Below, piece by piece: positions 24,576-36,699 of a DNA stretch of 64,000 nt (the first letter of the stretch is position 1; every line of letters begins with the position of its first letter). A model generated the notes under the pieces. The model was given only the letters and a program-made list of their open reading frames with translations. It made no database searches and was not told the origin of the DNA. The DNA lies in assembly GCF_001194135.2 (NCBI RefSeq), contig NC_068987.1, positions 54,291,825-54,355,824 on the forward strand, in the 5' to 3' direction. The position numbers and the translations under genes were made by a program. This DNA is from Octopus bimaculoides (lineage: Eukaryota).

Positions 24576-24741
24576 GTAAGTATTTTCGAAATGGTTCCAT
24601 CTAGAACTCTTCCTTTAACACTGAGTCATTCAAAGTTTATTTCAACAAGGTTTTCGGTGTTACACTGGTATTACACAGTCGTTACTTTGAAGTTTTTAAA
24701 AAAGAAGCACTTATGGAAATAGATATAAACATGGAACAGAG

Positions 24742-25013
24742 GTAGTTGTATGCTGTCAACTTAATGTGACAGTCCCCTGAAGGGAATAATACTACTGTTG
24801 GTTAGACCTAGGAAGCTGCACCGCTTCCTGTCGGCCTTGACACATTTCCTGTGTCCTTATGTTTACAAGGGGGAGACAAGCACCTCTTGTAAACATAAGG
24901 ACACAGGAAATGTGTCAAGGCCAACACAAAGCGGTGTAGCTTCCTAGGTCTAACCAACAGTAGTATTATTCCCTTCAGGGGACTGTCACATTAAGTTGAC
25001 AGCATACAACTAC
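24742..25013. repeat. 272-bp near-perfect inverted repeat (foldback)
   Basis: Arms of ~131 bp (gtagttgtatgctgtcaac... / ...gttgacagcatacaactac), ~10-nt loop, 5 mismatches counted. Confidence 0.95.
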
Positions 25014-25939
25014 TTCATCGTATCACTACTGCATAAATCTCTCTGAGAGATTTTGAAATGTATTATTTCTAAAAATGGAACAGAGGTGTAACAAAAATGT
25101 TTGGTTTTTATTTTGTCAATTAAGTGTTATTTCCTATTTGTTTTTATCTATAAATCAAAGGAAATGACTACTATTCCCTTCAAACTTTGCTTTTGTGACA
25201 TGGACATTAGTGTTTTGAAACTGACCTATTTCCCATTACATTTTAGACAGATTCAGCACTGAGTTGCTGAAGCAGAAATATCATTATACCAAATATTCTG
25301 CTCAATACCACAGATTTACTGGTCAGTTGCATGAGTGACCTTAACCACTTGAGCATGTTTTTTAATGGTTGACAATAAGTGCAACTCTGATCATGAGCAG
25401 GAGTAGCGGTGGAACATCATAGCCATGTGTTGAGAGGGATTCTTCGGGGTTTGAATAAATGTTTGAATAAATGTAACAAAAGAAAATAAATGCCAGCTGT
25501 CTGCTAGTGCAGTATTCTATCCCTCCACCTCTTTGGAGTCTGTCAGAAACCCACAGTCAAGTTATCCAGTGCATAGTGTGTACATATGAAATGAGGTTCC
25601 TCCAATGGGTCTTTGGAGTTACATTACTCGGCAATGTGCATAGCTCAGGGATAACAACATACCCTTAACATCTGAGATGTTGTAAGGGTATGTTATATGA
25701 TAGATTTGGCTGTTGCTTCTAGCCAGTCAAATGATCTCTTAGGAACTTCTTCATTGGCTCATAGTAATACCAATAGTCAGTACTTATTGGAGGAATTCTA
25801 TTATATCTTTCTACCTACCTTACAAACATGAACACTACCTTTGCACGCTCAGTTATGGCTTGAATGAATTTCAAGAAAGAAACCAGTGAATCATTGAATG
25901 AATTCAACATGATAATTATTTGTTTTTCTAAAACTTCAG

Positions 25940-26096
25940 TCGGTAAAAGATGCCTATGACTTGAAAATGAAGACACAGCAGCTAAAAAACCGTAAGCAGT
26001 GGAGCGAGGAGGAATTTAATGTTGTACGGAAACTAAAGCTACGTTTCTTTACCCCAAGAGAGATTGCTAATCTGTTATGTTTCCCTCACACATTTG
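25940..26096 (+). CDS. TRDMT1: DNMT2 exon (motif IX)
   Basis: cttcag|tcg...ttt g|gtgagt; SVKDAYDLKMKTQQLKNRKQWSEEEFNVVRKLKLRFFTPREIANLLCFPHTF. Confidence 0.94.
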
Positions 26097-26125
26097 GTGA
26101 GTATTTTGAGCAAGATTTGTCAGAC

Positions 26126-26207
<82 letters not shown>

Positions 26208-26543
26208 TTGTGTGCATATATAAATATATATATATATATACANNNNNNNNNNNNNNNNNNNNNNNNNNNNNNNNNNNNNNNNNNNNNNNNNNNNNNNNNN
26301 NNNNNNNNNNNNNNNNNNNNNNNNNNNNNNNNNNNNNNNNNNNNNNNNNNNNNNNNNTTATTGCATCCTCTTTCTCTCTCTGTCTATTTATCTTTTTATC
26401 TATATATCTGTCTCTTCTTATTCACTATCCACCTTAGGCGGTATCCCCCCCCCCTATCTCCCTCTGTCATTCTGAATTTCCTTACACCTTTCCATTTATG
26501 CTAATTCCATCCTTTTTCCATTCCTTCCCTACTACCTCTCTCT

Positions 26544-26582
<39 letters not shown>

Positions 26583-27667
26583 TGATCAGCCTCATTGTCA
26601 TCATCATTATCATCATCATCATCATCACTTGCCATTAAAACTCTGAGCCTCAGAGATAGAATGGAAATGATAAGAAATAGTCAGCAGGTGAGAATGGGAT
26701 TGATTCCACACCAGTCTGACACCACCACCACCACACTCATGTTTCGTGTTATTTACCCCCCACCCCACCCTGGAATGTTGCTCCTCCCTTGTTCCTCTTT
26801 GCTTTCTCCACCCTTTTGACTGGAAGGAACCTTCTACCAGAGAATTTCTGTTGGTGGTGGGATGAAGACAGAGGCCAGACATGGTAGCAGTGAGAGGGGG
26901 GTGGAGACAGAGATGCTAAGTGTAGGTGGAGAAGGAAGTGCCTGGACAAGAATGTTTTGGGAGTTCTTCATTTTAGCACAAATAAGCTACTACCATCACT
27001 ACTCTCACCACTACCCTCACCAACTTCAGTACTTCCATTTCAATCACTACCACCATCAGCATCACCATCATCATCACCACTACAACCATCATCATCATCA
27101 CTAGTCATCATCATAAGGATTGCTATATCCATTGCCCACATCATTTCCATTCCTGTATTGCTGAAGCATACTGCTTTCATTGTCACCACCCCTATAGATG
27201 ACAACACCATTATTTAAGCCGACGAGAAGGCCATTACTTAGCTGCTTAGTCTGGTAGAAACAGCAACCAAATCTTCTTCAAATAACATCCTACCAACTTA
27301 AAAATGTAGTCCTGGGTTTCCTGCACATAAAAAGAAAGAAACAATGGGATGATCACATCTGGAATACATCCAGTCATAGATCTGCTAAGGGCTAACCTGT
27401 GACTAAACAACAATACGATCAGGAACCAACGATAGAATCTATATATACATAGAGGATTTACCTTTTACCAGCCATATCCAGCCAGAATATTCTAACAGTT
27501 TTATGCTGAAACTGGCCCGATCTGGCCTCTCACACTTACCTTACAGTGTTATTCTAGAAATAAACAATCATGTCATTGAATTCCCAAAGTTACAAGATAA
27601 TTAATGATTAATTCAAAGGAATGTCAATAAATAGGCATCACATTTGGCTGAGTGATCTGAATGTTAA

Positions 27668-27880
27668 CCCTTTCGTTACTGTATTTATTTTGAGATGCTC
27701 TGTGTTTCTTTCAATTACTTTAACTATAACAAAGAATTTAGTAAAATAACTCAGTTATCATTTAGCTACTGTTAGGAATATAAATTGTGACTAAGGTTTG
27801 GTGGAAGATTTTAATTCAAAACTTATGAAAACAAGGCATTTGTACTCAGATCCAGTGCTGGTTTCAGCCGGGTTGGTAAC
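27668..27880. mobile_element. piggyBac-like MITE, second family (TTAA|CCCTTTCGTTAC)
   Basis: Reverse-complement relative of 49165-49386; right TIR truncated next to a mariner. Confidence 0.55.
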
Positions 27881-27895
27881 TTCAACTTCTGCAGG

Positions 27896-28854
27896 GTCAG
27901 TTGTGCGACGTGCGGCCAAGCTTGGTTTTGAAGAAGAATTGGTCCTTTTCTATTGACCAATGCTGGTTATTGTTGTCGGAGTTTCTTATGCATTTCATCC
28001 ATTTGCTGACAGTACTTCTCCGCTGTAATGATTTCGCCTGGATCCAAAAAGCTGTGATGGATGAGACGGGCCGCAGACCAAATAGTGACCATGACCTTCT
28101 TTTGGTGCAGCTTTGGCTTCCGGAAGTGCCATGGAGCTTCGTCAGCATCCAACCACTGAGCTGAGCATTGCCAGTTGTCATAAAGAATCTACTTTTCATC
28201 NNNNNNNNNNCTCAAGTCACAATCCGGTCGAGAAACAGGTTATTCTTGTTGCGTGAAAGAAGGGAAGCTGACACTTCAAAACGGCGTTTTTTTTTTGGTT
28301 GTTGTTCAATTCGTGCGGCACCCATTTCGCAAGTATTTTTGTTTTTCCAATCTCTTTCAAGTGGTTGGATATTGTTGTATACATTACGTCTAATTCAGAA
28401 GCAAGCTCTCGAACAGTTGGGCATGGACTGGCTTCTACTAAGGATCTTAGTTGATTGTTGTCAGCATCTGATGGCTGACCACTACGCTTATCATCTTCAA
28501 GACTCTCACTACCGCTATGGAATTTCTTGAACCACCATTTTGCTGTACGTTCATTAGTGGTTCCTGGGTCAAACACATCGTTCATATCGCGAGCTGTTTC
28601 AGCAACTTTTCAGCCTAGCTTGAACTGGAATAAGAAAATTGTGCGAATTTGCTTTTTGTTCATGTTGTATTCAACGTTCCAGAAAAAAAATGGCCTAATT
28701 ATTCAAAAAGAAAAAGAGTAACACGATTAGATAGAGCGAAAAACAGGTTTTAAAATGATATATAAAGCCAAAGTAATTTAATGAAAATTAATTTGAAAAT
28801 ACATTATTTAAAACCAAAATTTAAAATTCCGTAAGAACTTTCTTGACAACCTAA
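27896..28854 (-). mobile_element. 3'-truncated mariner (cecropia/Hsmar1-like)
   Basis: TA|TTAGGTTGTCAAGAAAG TIR; frames ...KWVPHELNNNQKK and KPKLHQKKVMVTIWS...; contains a small N gap. Confidence 0.85.
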
Positions 28855-29175
28855 TAGCAGAGAAAGTTTAAATAAATGGCTGAAAATGTTGCTTTATAAA
28901 TACACTTTTCATAATTCAATTTTTTTTCTCACGCATTCACTTGCAGTGTTTGACTTTTTCCTTCATTGTGAAAAGTACAATGGAGGGATGAGGGAGTAAG
29001 GATTTTTTTCTTTTAACGTGAGTTACAAATGTTTCAGAATGTAAAATACAGAAAATGACAGAAAATTACAGAAAAGAAAAATATATCATTTTAGTGGTTG
29101 CTGTTCCAAAGGTATGATGTATGTGTCTGTGTGAAGGAAGAGACAAACATTGAAAAGACATGGATTTTTAAACTT

Positions 29176-29910
29176 TTGTTTTAAAAAAGCTTCCCTTCAT
29201 TGTTTTGGAATGCATGAAAAAGAGGGAAAATCCTGACAAAATTTGTGGAATTCCAACATATATGGGACAGCTATTCTGAAAGAATTCTATTTCTCCATCA
29301 GATGACAACATACAAGTTCTGGTCTTCTCATAGGTCTTTGCAATAACAAGAACTAGTTCTTCTGGAATGTCATATGCTTGAAGGATCTTCCATATTTTGT
29401 AATGATGGGTGTTGTCAAACCCATGGCTAAAACCCACAAAGGTTATAATGGCAGGTAGCAATCTTGATTTAACTCCTATGATATGCCTCAGGGCTAAGAT
29501 CTGAGATGTTGTGGCTCTCCTTGGTCTAAATCCATTTTGATTTGGTCTTACATGGCTATCAAGCACCTGTTGAATCCTGTTGAGGATCTTTCAGTTGATG
29601 ACTTTGAGTAAGATGCTGGACAGTGCAATTCCTCTGTAGTTAGTTCTATTGCCGGGGTTTCCTGACTTTGGGATTGGTATCAAGTTAACCTCAGACCTCT
29701 GATCTGGACTTTCTTGGTTCTGCAAGAGCTTATTTGCAAAATCCAGTATTATTTCATCCTGATTACATCTCTTGATAACTTCAAGGGGAATTTCATCAGG
29801 GCCAGCAACTTTTCCTTCTTTCAGTCAATTTTTGGTCCTCTGAATTCTTTCAAATATTAACTGGGGTAGTAAAGGAGATACGCTTGCACCATATCTGTTT
29901 GTAACTGTAT
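29176..29910 (-). mobile_element. RTE-clade LINE reverse-transcriptase fragment
   Basis: GKVAGPDEIPLEVIK...IPIPKSGNPGNRTNYRGIALSS...PNQNGFRPRRATTSQILALR, with stops and frameshifts. Confidence 0.85.
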
Positions 29911-30157
29911 TGGATTATGCAATGCATAAGTTTAAAAATCCATGTCTTTTCAATGTTTGTCTCTTCCCTCACACAGATTATGCAATGCATAATCCAGTGG
30001 ACAACAGTGACAAAAATAATGAAAAGAGAAAAAGGTTAAATTAAATGAATACATGTGAGCATAAAAGCAATAATTCTAAAGCTGAAGAAAGAAATGCTTT
30101 GAGCTATTGAGAGATCTGATTTTATAATCAAAACTAAATTCAAAATTTAAATTTTAC

Positions 30158-30570
30158 TACAGGCACAGGAGTGGCTGTGTGGTAAGTAGCTTGCTTACCA
30201 ACCGCATGGTTCAGGGTTCATTCCCACTGCATGGCATCTTGGGCAAGTGCCTTCTACTATAGCCTCGGACCGACCAAAGCCTTGTGAGTGGATTTGGTAG
30301 ACGGAAACTGAAAGAAGCCTGTCGTATATATGTATGCATATATATGTGTGTGTCTATGTTTGTGTTTCTGTGTTTGTCCCCCCAACATCACTTGACAACC
30401 GATGGTGGTGTGTTTACGTCCCCGTAACTTAGTGGTTCGGCAAAAGAGACCGATAGAATAAGTACTAGGCTTACAAAAAATAAGTCCTGGGGTCAATTAG
30501 CTCGACTAAAAGGCGGTGCTCCAGTATGGCCACAATCAAATAACTGAAACAAGTAAAAGAGTAAAGAGTA
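30158..30570 (+). mobile_element. SINE family A, full length
   Basis: aggcacaggagtggctgtgtggtaag...gggttcattccca...gaaacaagtaaaagagta. Confidence 0.9.
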
Positions 30571-30657
30571 TTACCTACTTGCTCTTTCATAAAATAAGAC
30601 CAGTTTTCAATGCCTCACTGAAATAAAGAAGTTTACAATGGCAATATATGTGTATGC

Positions 30658-30695
<38 letters not shown>

Positions 30696-31649
30696 ACATG
30701 AATATCTTTAATGGCCAGTAATCAACTTAAGATCACTGCTCAGTCATGCATTGAAATAAGAAATCTAAACTAGAGACAATAAATAACTTCTTTCTATCAA
30801 TCTCTTTATCCTTCTATCTCACACACACATACTCAAACACAAACACCAATTCCCATGGGAATTATAGATGCTTTGAGAATGGGTAGCAAAGTGTTTTTTA
30901 ATTGAATAAATTGATGTCACTTATGTAGTTAAAACTGGTTATTTATCAAAAAAGAGAGTCCATTACATTTTTTACAATATTTTCATTTATTGAGAGAAAC
31001 CCCCTGCATGCAAGATCGCTAAGAGATGGGACCCCCTATACTGAGTGCTACATAACCTTCATAGTAGGAGGGTCCTTTAACTGTGGATGTCCGTGGCAAT
31101 TGCCCTCTTTGACCCCCTATAAATCCAACCCTGCCTGTGCTATCTTTTAAGTCTTGTATTTATTCTATCAATCGCTTTTGCCAAACTGCTTCATTATGAG
31201 GATGTAAACAACCCAACACCAGTTCTCGAGTAGTGGTGGGTGAGAAATACATGTACACATTTGCCATTTTGCAAAACAGCAAATAAAAAGACAACCTCCT
31301 TTGTGATAGACAGCTGAAGGGATACATCTGCACCTATGATGCACCACAACTCTTTGTACAGCATTCCACCTGTGATGTACCAGTGTACGATGGGTCGAAA
31401 CAATTATAGTGAATAAAGAGTCTTGTGAATTTCATTTCTTTCTTTCAAATTTTTATAAGTTCTACAGACACAAAGGAATTCCTTAAGTAAATCCTGTTGA
31501 TGACATCAGATAGCTGAATACTGTGAATAGGCTTTAAATGTATGCTCGAATATAGAGCTATTATATTTATATAATGTGTGTGTGTGTGTGTGTGTCTATA
31601 TATATAATGTACATGCATGTTTATATATATAATGTATGTGTATGTATAT

Positions 31650-31861
31650 TCTTTTACTTGTTTCAGTCATTTGACTGCAGCCATACTGGAGCACTGCCTT
31701 TGGTCAAGCAAATTGACCCCAAGACTTATTCTTTGTAAGCCTAGTACTTATCCTATCGACCTCTTTTGCCGAACCGCTAAGTTATAGAGACGTAAACGCA
31801 CCAACATCAGTTGTCAAGCGATGTTGGGGAGACAAACACAGACACACAAACATATACACAC

Positions 31862-31899
<38 letters not shown>

Positions 31900-32052
31900 G
31901 ACAGGCTTCTTTCAGTTTCTCTCTGCCAAATCCACTCAAGGCTTTGGTCGGCCCGAGGCTATAGTAGAAGACACTTGCCCAAGGTGCCATACAGTAGAAC
32001 TGAACCCGGAACCATGTGATTTGTGAGCAAGCTACTTACCACACAGCCACTC
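31650..32052 (-). mobile_element. SINE family A, full length
   Basis: Reverse complement of 30158-30570. Confidence 0.88.
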
Positions 32053-32097
32053 ATGTGTATGTGTCCCTGTGTTTGTATACATGTATATATATATATA

Positions 32098-32112
32098 AGA
32101 TCGGAAGAGCGT
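32098..32112 (+). other. Illumina adapter remnant at contig end
   Basis: AGATCGGAAGAGCGT immediately before an N gap is the start of the TruSeq adapter sequence. Confidence 0.9.
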
Positions 32113-33114
32113 NNNNNNNNNNGTTTTGATTATCATGAGGGTATAGCAGAAGATACTTGCCCAAGGTGCCATGAAGGGACTGAACCCAGAACCATGTGAT
32201 TGGGAAGCAAACCTCTTACCACACAACACTGATATCAACAAATACATTAGTGTGCCTTTCCTTTTTTTTTGCTTTGGGTGTTATTTAAGGAAGAGTTGGC
32301 TACTATTTCTAGCTGATTATACCACCACTTGTGTAGGGGCCTCCTGATTAACCTCACAATACTGTTAGAGTTTGTGTGTGTGTTTGGTTGTGGTGGGTTG
32401 CCACAGCTGTCAAGGGCTGAGAAATGGCACGCTTCTTGACATTCAACAATTCCATATCTTCCTTTACCTTCTTCCACTCCTGCCACCCCTGTAAGTCATA
32501 CCCTTTCTCCTCCCTTGCTTGCTTCTCATCCTCACTTAAAGACAACAATATATGCTCCTCCACTTCTACCATCACCACCACAGCCACCATACAGGCACAC
32601 ATTCCAGAAAGAGGAAGGTTATGGCAGTAGTATATATGTATGTGTGTGTGTGTGTATATGTATGTCTGTCTGTCTATGTATGTATATATGTAACACTGTC
32701 CCTTTTCTGCCTGCTTCTTCCTTTTTTCTGCTCCTTCTTCCTTTTATCACCTCACCCACCATTTCAGGACTCCCATATGTTTGTATTTACAGTACATACA
32801 TACATAACTAAAGCCTTGGAGATATCATTCTATCTTCCCCTCATCTTCAACCCACCTTTTAATGGTTGGTGGGCACACTTAGAAAGTGTGTGTAAATATG
32901 TGGGTATTTGCTTGTCTGGCATGTGGAGCGGGGGAGGGGGGTCCTGTTGCCAGGCATTAGTGTATCAACAGTCATGTGTCTTCATTCCCATGGCAGGAAT
33001 ATACATTACCCTCACTCCTTTGGTTCATTCACAAACATGCACATCTGTTTACAAGGGAACATCTATCAATGATGATAGATGTGCATGTGTGTGTGTGTGT
33101 GTATGTATATGCTC

Positions 33115-33411
33115 TTTCTCTTTTACTCTCTTTTACTTGTTTCAGTCATTTGACTGCGGCCATACTGGAGCACTGCCTTTAGTCGAGCAAATCGACCCCA
33201 GGACTTATTCTTTGTAAGCCTAGTACTTATTCTATCGGTCTCTTTTTGCTGAACCTCTAAGTTACGGGGACGTAGACACACCAGCATCAGTTGTCAAGCG
33301 ATGTTAGGGGGACAAACACAGACACACAAACACACACACACACACACACANNNNNNNNNNNNNNNNNNNNNNNNNNNNNNNNNNNNNNNNNNNNNNNNNN
33401 NNNNNNNNNNN

Positions 33412-33469
<58 letters not shown>

Positions 33470-33632
33470 ACGACAGGCTTCTTTCAGTTTCCGTCTACCA
33501 AATCCACTCACAAGGCTTTGGTCAGCCCGAGGCTATAGTAGAAGACATTTGCCCAAGGTGCCACGCAGTGGGACTGAACCCAGAACCATGTAGTTGGTAA
33601 GCAAGCTATTTACCACACAGCCACTCCTGCAC
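33115..33632 (-). mobile_element. SINE family A, full length (gap in internal microsatellite)
   Basis: Reverse complement of the family A consensus. Confidence 0.88.
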
Positions 33633-34029
33633 CTATGTGTATATGTGTTTATATACATATATATGTATGTTTGTATATATTTATATATGTGTTTGTATAT
33701 ATGTATGCATGCATCATCATTGTCATCGTTGTCATTTAATGTCCGTTTTTCATGCTGGCATGGATTGGACAGCTTAACAGGAGCTGGCATGGCCAGGTTT
33801 TACACCAGGTTCCATAGTCTGTTTTGGCTTGGTTTCTACAACTGGATGTCCTTCCTAGCACCGACTACTTTACAGAATGTACTGGATGCTTTTTACAAGG
33901 CACCACCACCAGTTCTTTTTATGTGGTACCATTACCAGTGCCTTTTACATGGCACTAGAACCAGTGCTTTTTATATTTATTTAGTAGATATATATAGATA
34001 GACAGATATATATATACACATGTATGTAC

Positions 34030-34061
<32 letters not shown>

Positions 34062-34062
34062 A

Positions 34063-34277
34063 CAAGGGGGTGCTGCAAACTTCCTGGTTTTGAGTAAAAG
34101 AAAATACAGGAGAATCAGTTAATTATGATTTTATTCAACGTATTCCCCTCTCACATTCACACGCTTACACAGTGGTCCTTCAGTTTTTCTAAGCCCTGTA
34201 AAAGAACTCAGAAGGTTGAGCCTCCAAACAGGCATTTCGTAATACCCAAAAAGTCAGGAACTTTTCAACACCCTTTG
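34063..34277 (-). mobile_element. mariner-derived MITE
   Basis: Reverse-orientation relative of 3994-4210. Confidence 0.75.
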
Positions 34278-36076
34278 ATATATATAGTTATGTATACATG
34301 TGTGTATGAATATATACGTGCTTGTGTATATTTAAATGTGTGTGCATGTAAGCACACAGTACACTGTAAAGTGGTTGGTATTAGGAAAGGCTTCTGGCTG
34401 CAGAAAGCATGCTCCAAAGTCTACTTTGGCAGACATTGGAGCATGGCACAGTCCTCTGGTTCACATGAAAAACAGACATTAAATGATGGTGATGATATAA
34501 ATACTGTAAAAACCCATATTGTTAAAAAAAAAACAGCCTCTACTCATGTAAAATTCACACCTAAAAGTTTTCAGAATTGCTGATATGACCAGGGGGAAAA
34601 AGTTTTCAGTTTAGTTGTATTTAGCATAATTTCACTTACTTATGATTAGGTTTTATTAAATCTTCATTAAATAAAAATAATTTCTGTTTAACAGGTATCG
34701 CATTGAAAGCTATTAGATTATGAAGTGTTTGTGCTGTTTATAATAAACTTTATTTTACATTTCTTGCCTACAAGAGATTATATCCAATCTTTAGCATACT
34801 TCTATATGCCTTCTCAAATCACAACCACAGGAAATATTGTTGATAATTCTTATAAACAAAAACAAAGCTGATAAATACGCACAAGTGTTGCAAAATAAGT
34901 TTAATTACCGATAAACATCAGCTTGAATGACACTTTACTCAACTGACAGAGGAAGGTGACCAATCAAACTGATTATGCAAACAGAATTTTGACTGGTCGA
35001 AAGTGTCTTCTTGTCTCAAGCTCTGATTTTCTGCCTGTTCTTGTCGGAACCTTTGATATGGAGTATCGAAATTTTAATCCCTTTCACACTTATAAAATGT
35101 CAAGCAAGCTTAAAAATTTGTCATTACTGTTTTAGCCAGGAGACCAAACTGATAGTTTGGTAGCCCACTAAAATAAACATTAAAAATCAAAAGGAGAAAA
35201 TAAACAGCTTTGCAAGTTTAATTCAGGATTTATTGAACAAGAGAAGTGCGAAATTTAAGAAGTGATTTGTTGGAATATACATGTCTGTGAGGAGACATAA
35301 ACAAGAATAGCAAAAACTCTACTATACCAAAAGAACTGGTATTATATACATTACAAGTGTTCTATGAAGAGAACATAAGATTGCTGCATAATTCAACATG
35401 AATGTCAAACGACATTAAACATTGTGTGAGGTAAATGAAGGTTTCTGTAGGAACACTAAGTCATATTCACTTAGTGAGTTTACATGCACAAGGATGAATT
35501 ATGATGTTGTCATCAGCCTTAGATACAGTAAGAGCTAGTAGTGGCGATGTCGGTGGTGACGAATTTCATTGTCCTAACACGGAGAAAGTGAACAATAGCT
35601 TCCTGAAGGTAAACTCACGCTAGACTTCTTAAGTGGAGAAAAACTGATCTATTTAAGGAAAATTGCTGGGCTCCGTTGCAATTAGTAGAAACTCCAAACA
35701 ATGTAAAATATGGCCCAGACCATGATTACCTGCATGAACGTCAAACTTCAAAAAGTAGTTAACCATTTAATAGTTGTAGTAAATTTATACAGAAAACGCA
35801 AGCATTATACCGTCCAGCATAAATAAAAGTCAACTTCGTTATATTTTTTATGTGAAAACCTATTCTGACATTAAATGAGTCAACTTCAAATGTGAATGTT
35901 TACATTTGTACTTCATTTTTCAACAAAAATTGTTTTTTTAAATTCTGGAAATGATGTACTCATGTAATTTATGCACCCACTAAAGTTTATTTTTGTTTTT
36001 GTGATAAAAAAAAGTGCATAAATTACATGGGGTTTTATGTATACACGCACACACACACACACACGCACGCACACAC

Positions 36077-36107
<31 letters not shown>

Positions 36108-36293
36108 TACACACNNNNNNNNNNNNNNNNNNNNNNNNNNNNNNNNNNNNNNNNNNNNNNNNNNNNNNNNNNNNNNNNNNNNNNNNNNNNNNNNNNNNNN
36201 NNNNNNNNNNNNNNNNNNNNNNNNNNNNNNNNNNNNNNNNNNNNNNNNNNNNNNNNNNNNNNNNNNNNNNNNNNNNNNNNNNNNNNNNNNNNN

Positions 36294-36327
<34 letters not shown>

Positions 36328-36699
36328 ATGTGAGAGAGTTAGGGGTTGGGGGTTCAACCCACTAAGGGATAGTATCCAGTATACTGCTGGGAGGGTACCC
36401 AATTATTGCTACACTAGTGCTATCCTAGGTGCAATCAATGGGAGCGGGTAAAAGTGGAGGTTTTACCCAAAATTTGTGTAACAATTAGAAAATGGAGGAT
36501 AATATGCTGAACCCAACTACTCGCAGACGGTGTATCCCGTTGAATTCATTAGTTTAATTCATAGCAAAAGTGACAAAAAAAGGAAGAAAAGAAAAAGAAA
36601 GAAAGAACTAAAGCACAGGTGTCCATGGCAGACTATGTTATTTTGCCAACATGGTTTACATATAGAGGTACAAAGTACATAAGGAATTAGAGGATGATA

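Noticed and set aside
32552-33217. 221-aa ORF
   Set aside because: Low-complexity read-through across microsatellites and a SINE; no protein-like composition.
35717-35735. accatgat resembling a U1 snRNA segment
   Set aside because: Only ~8 nt match; no U1 5' end or Sm site.
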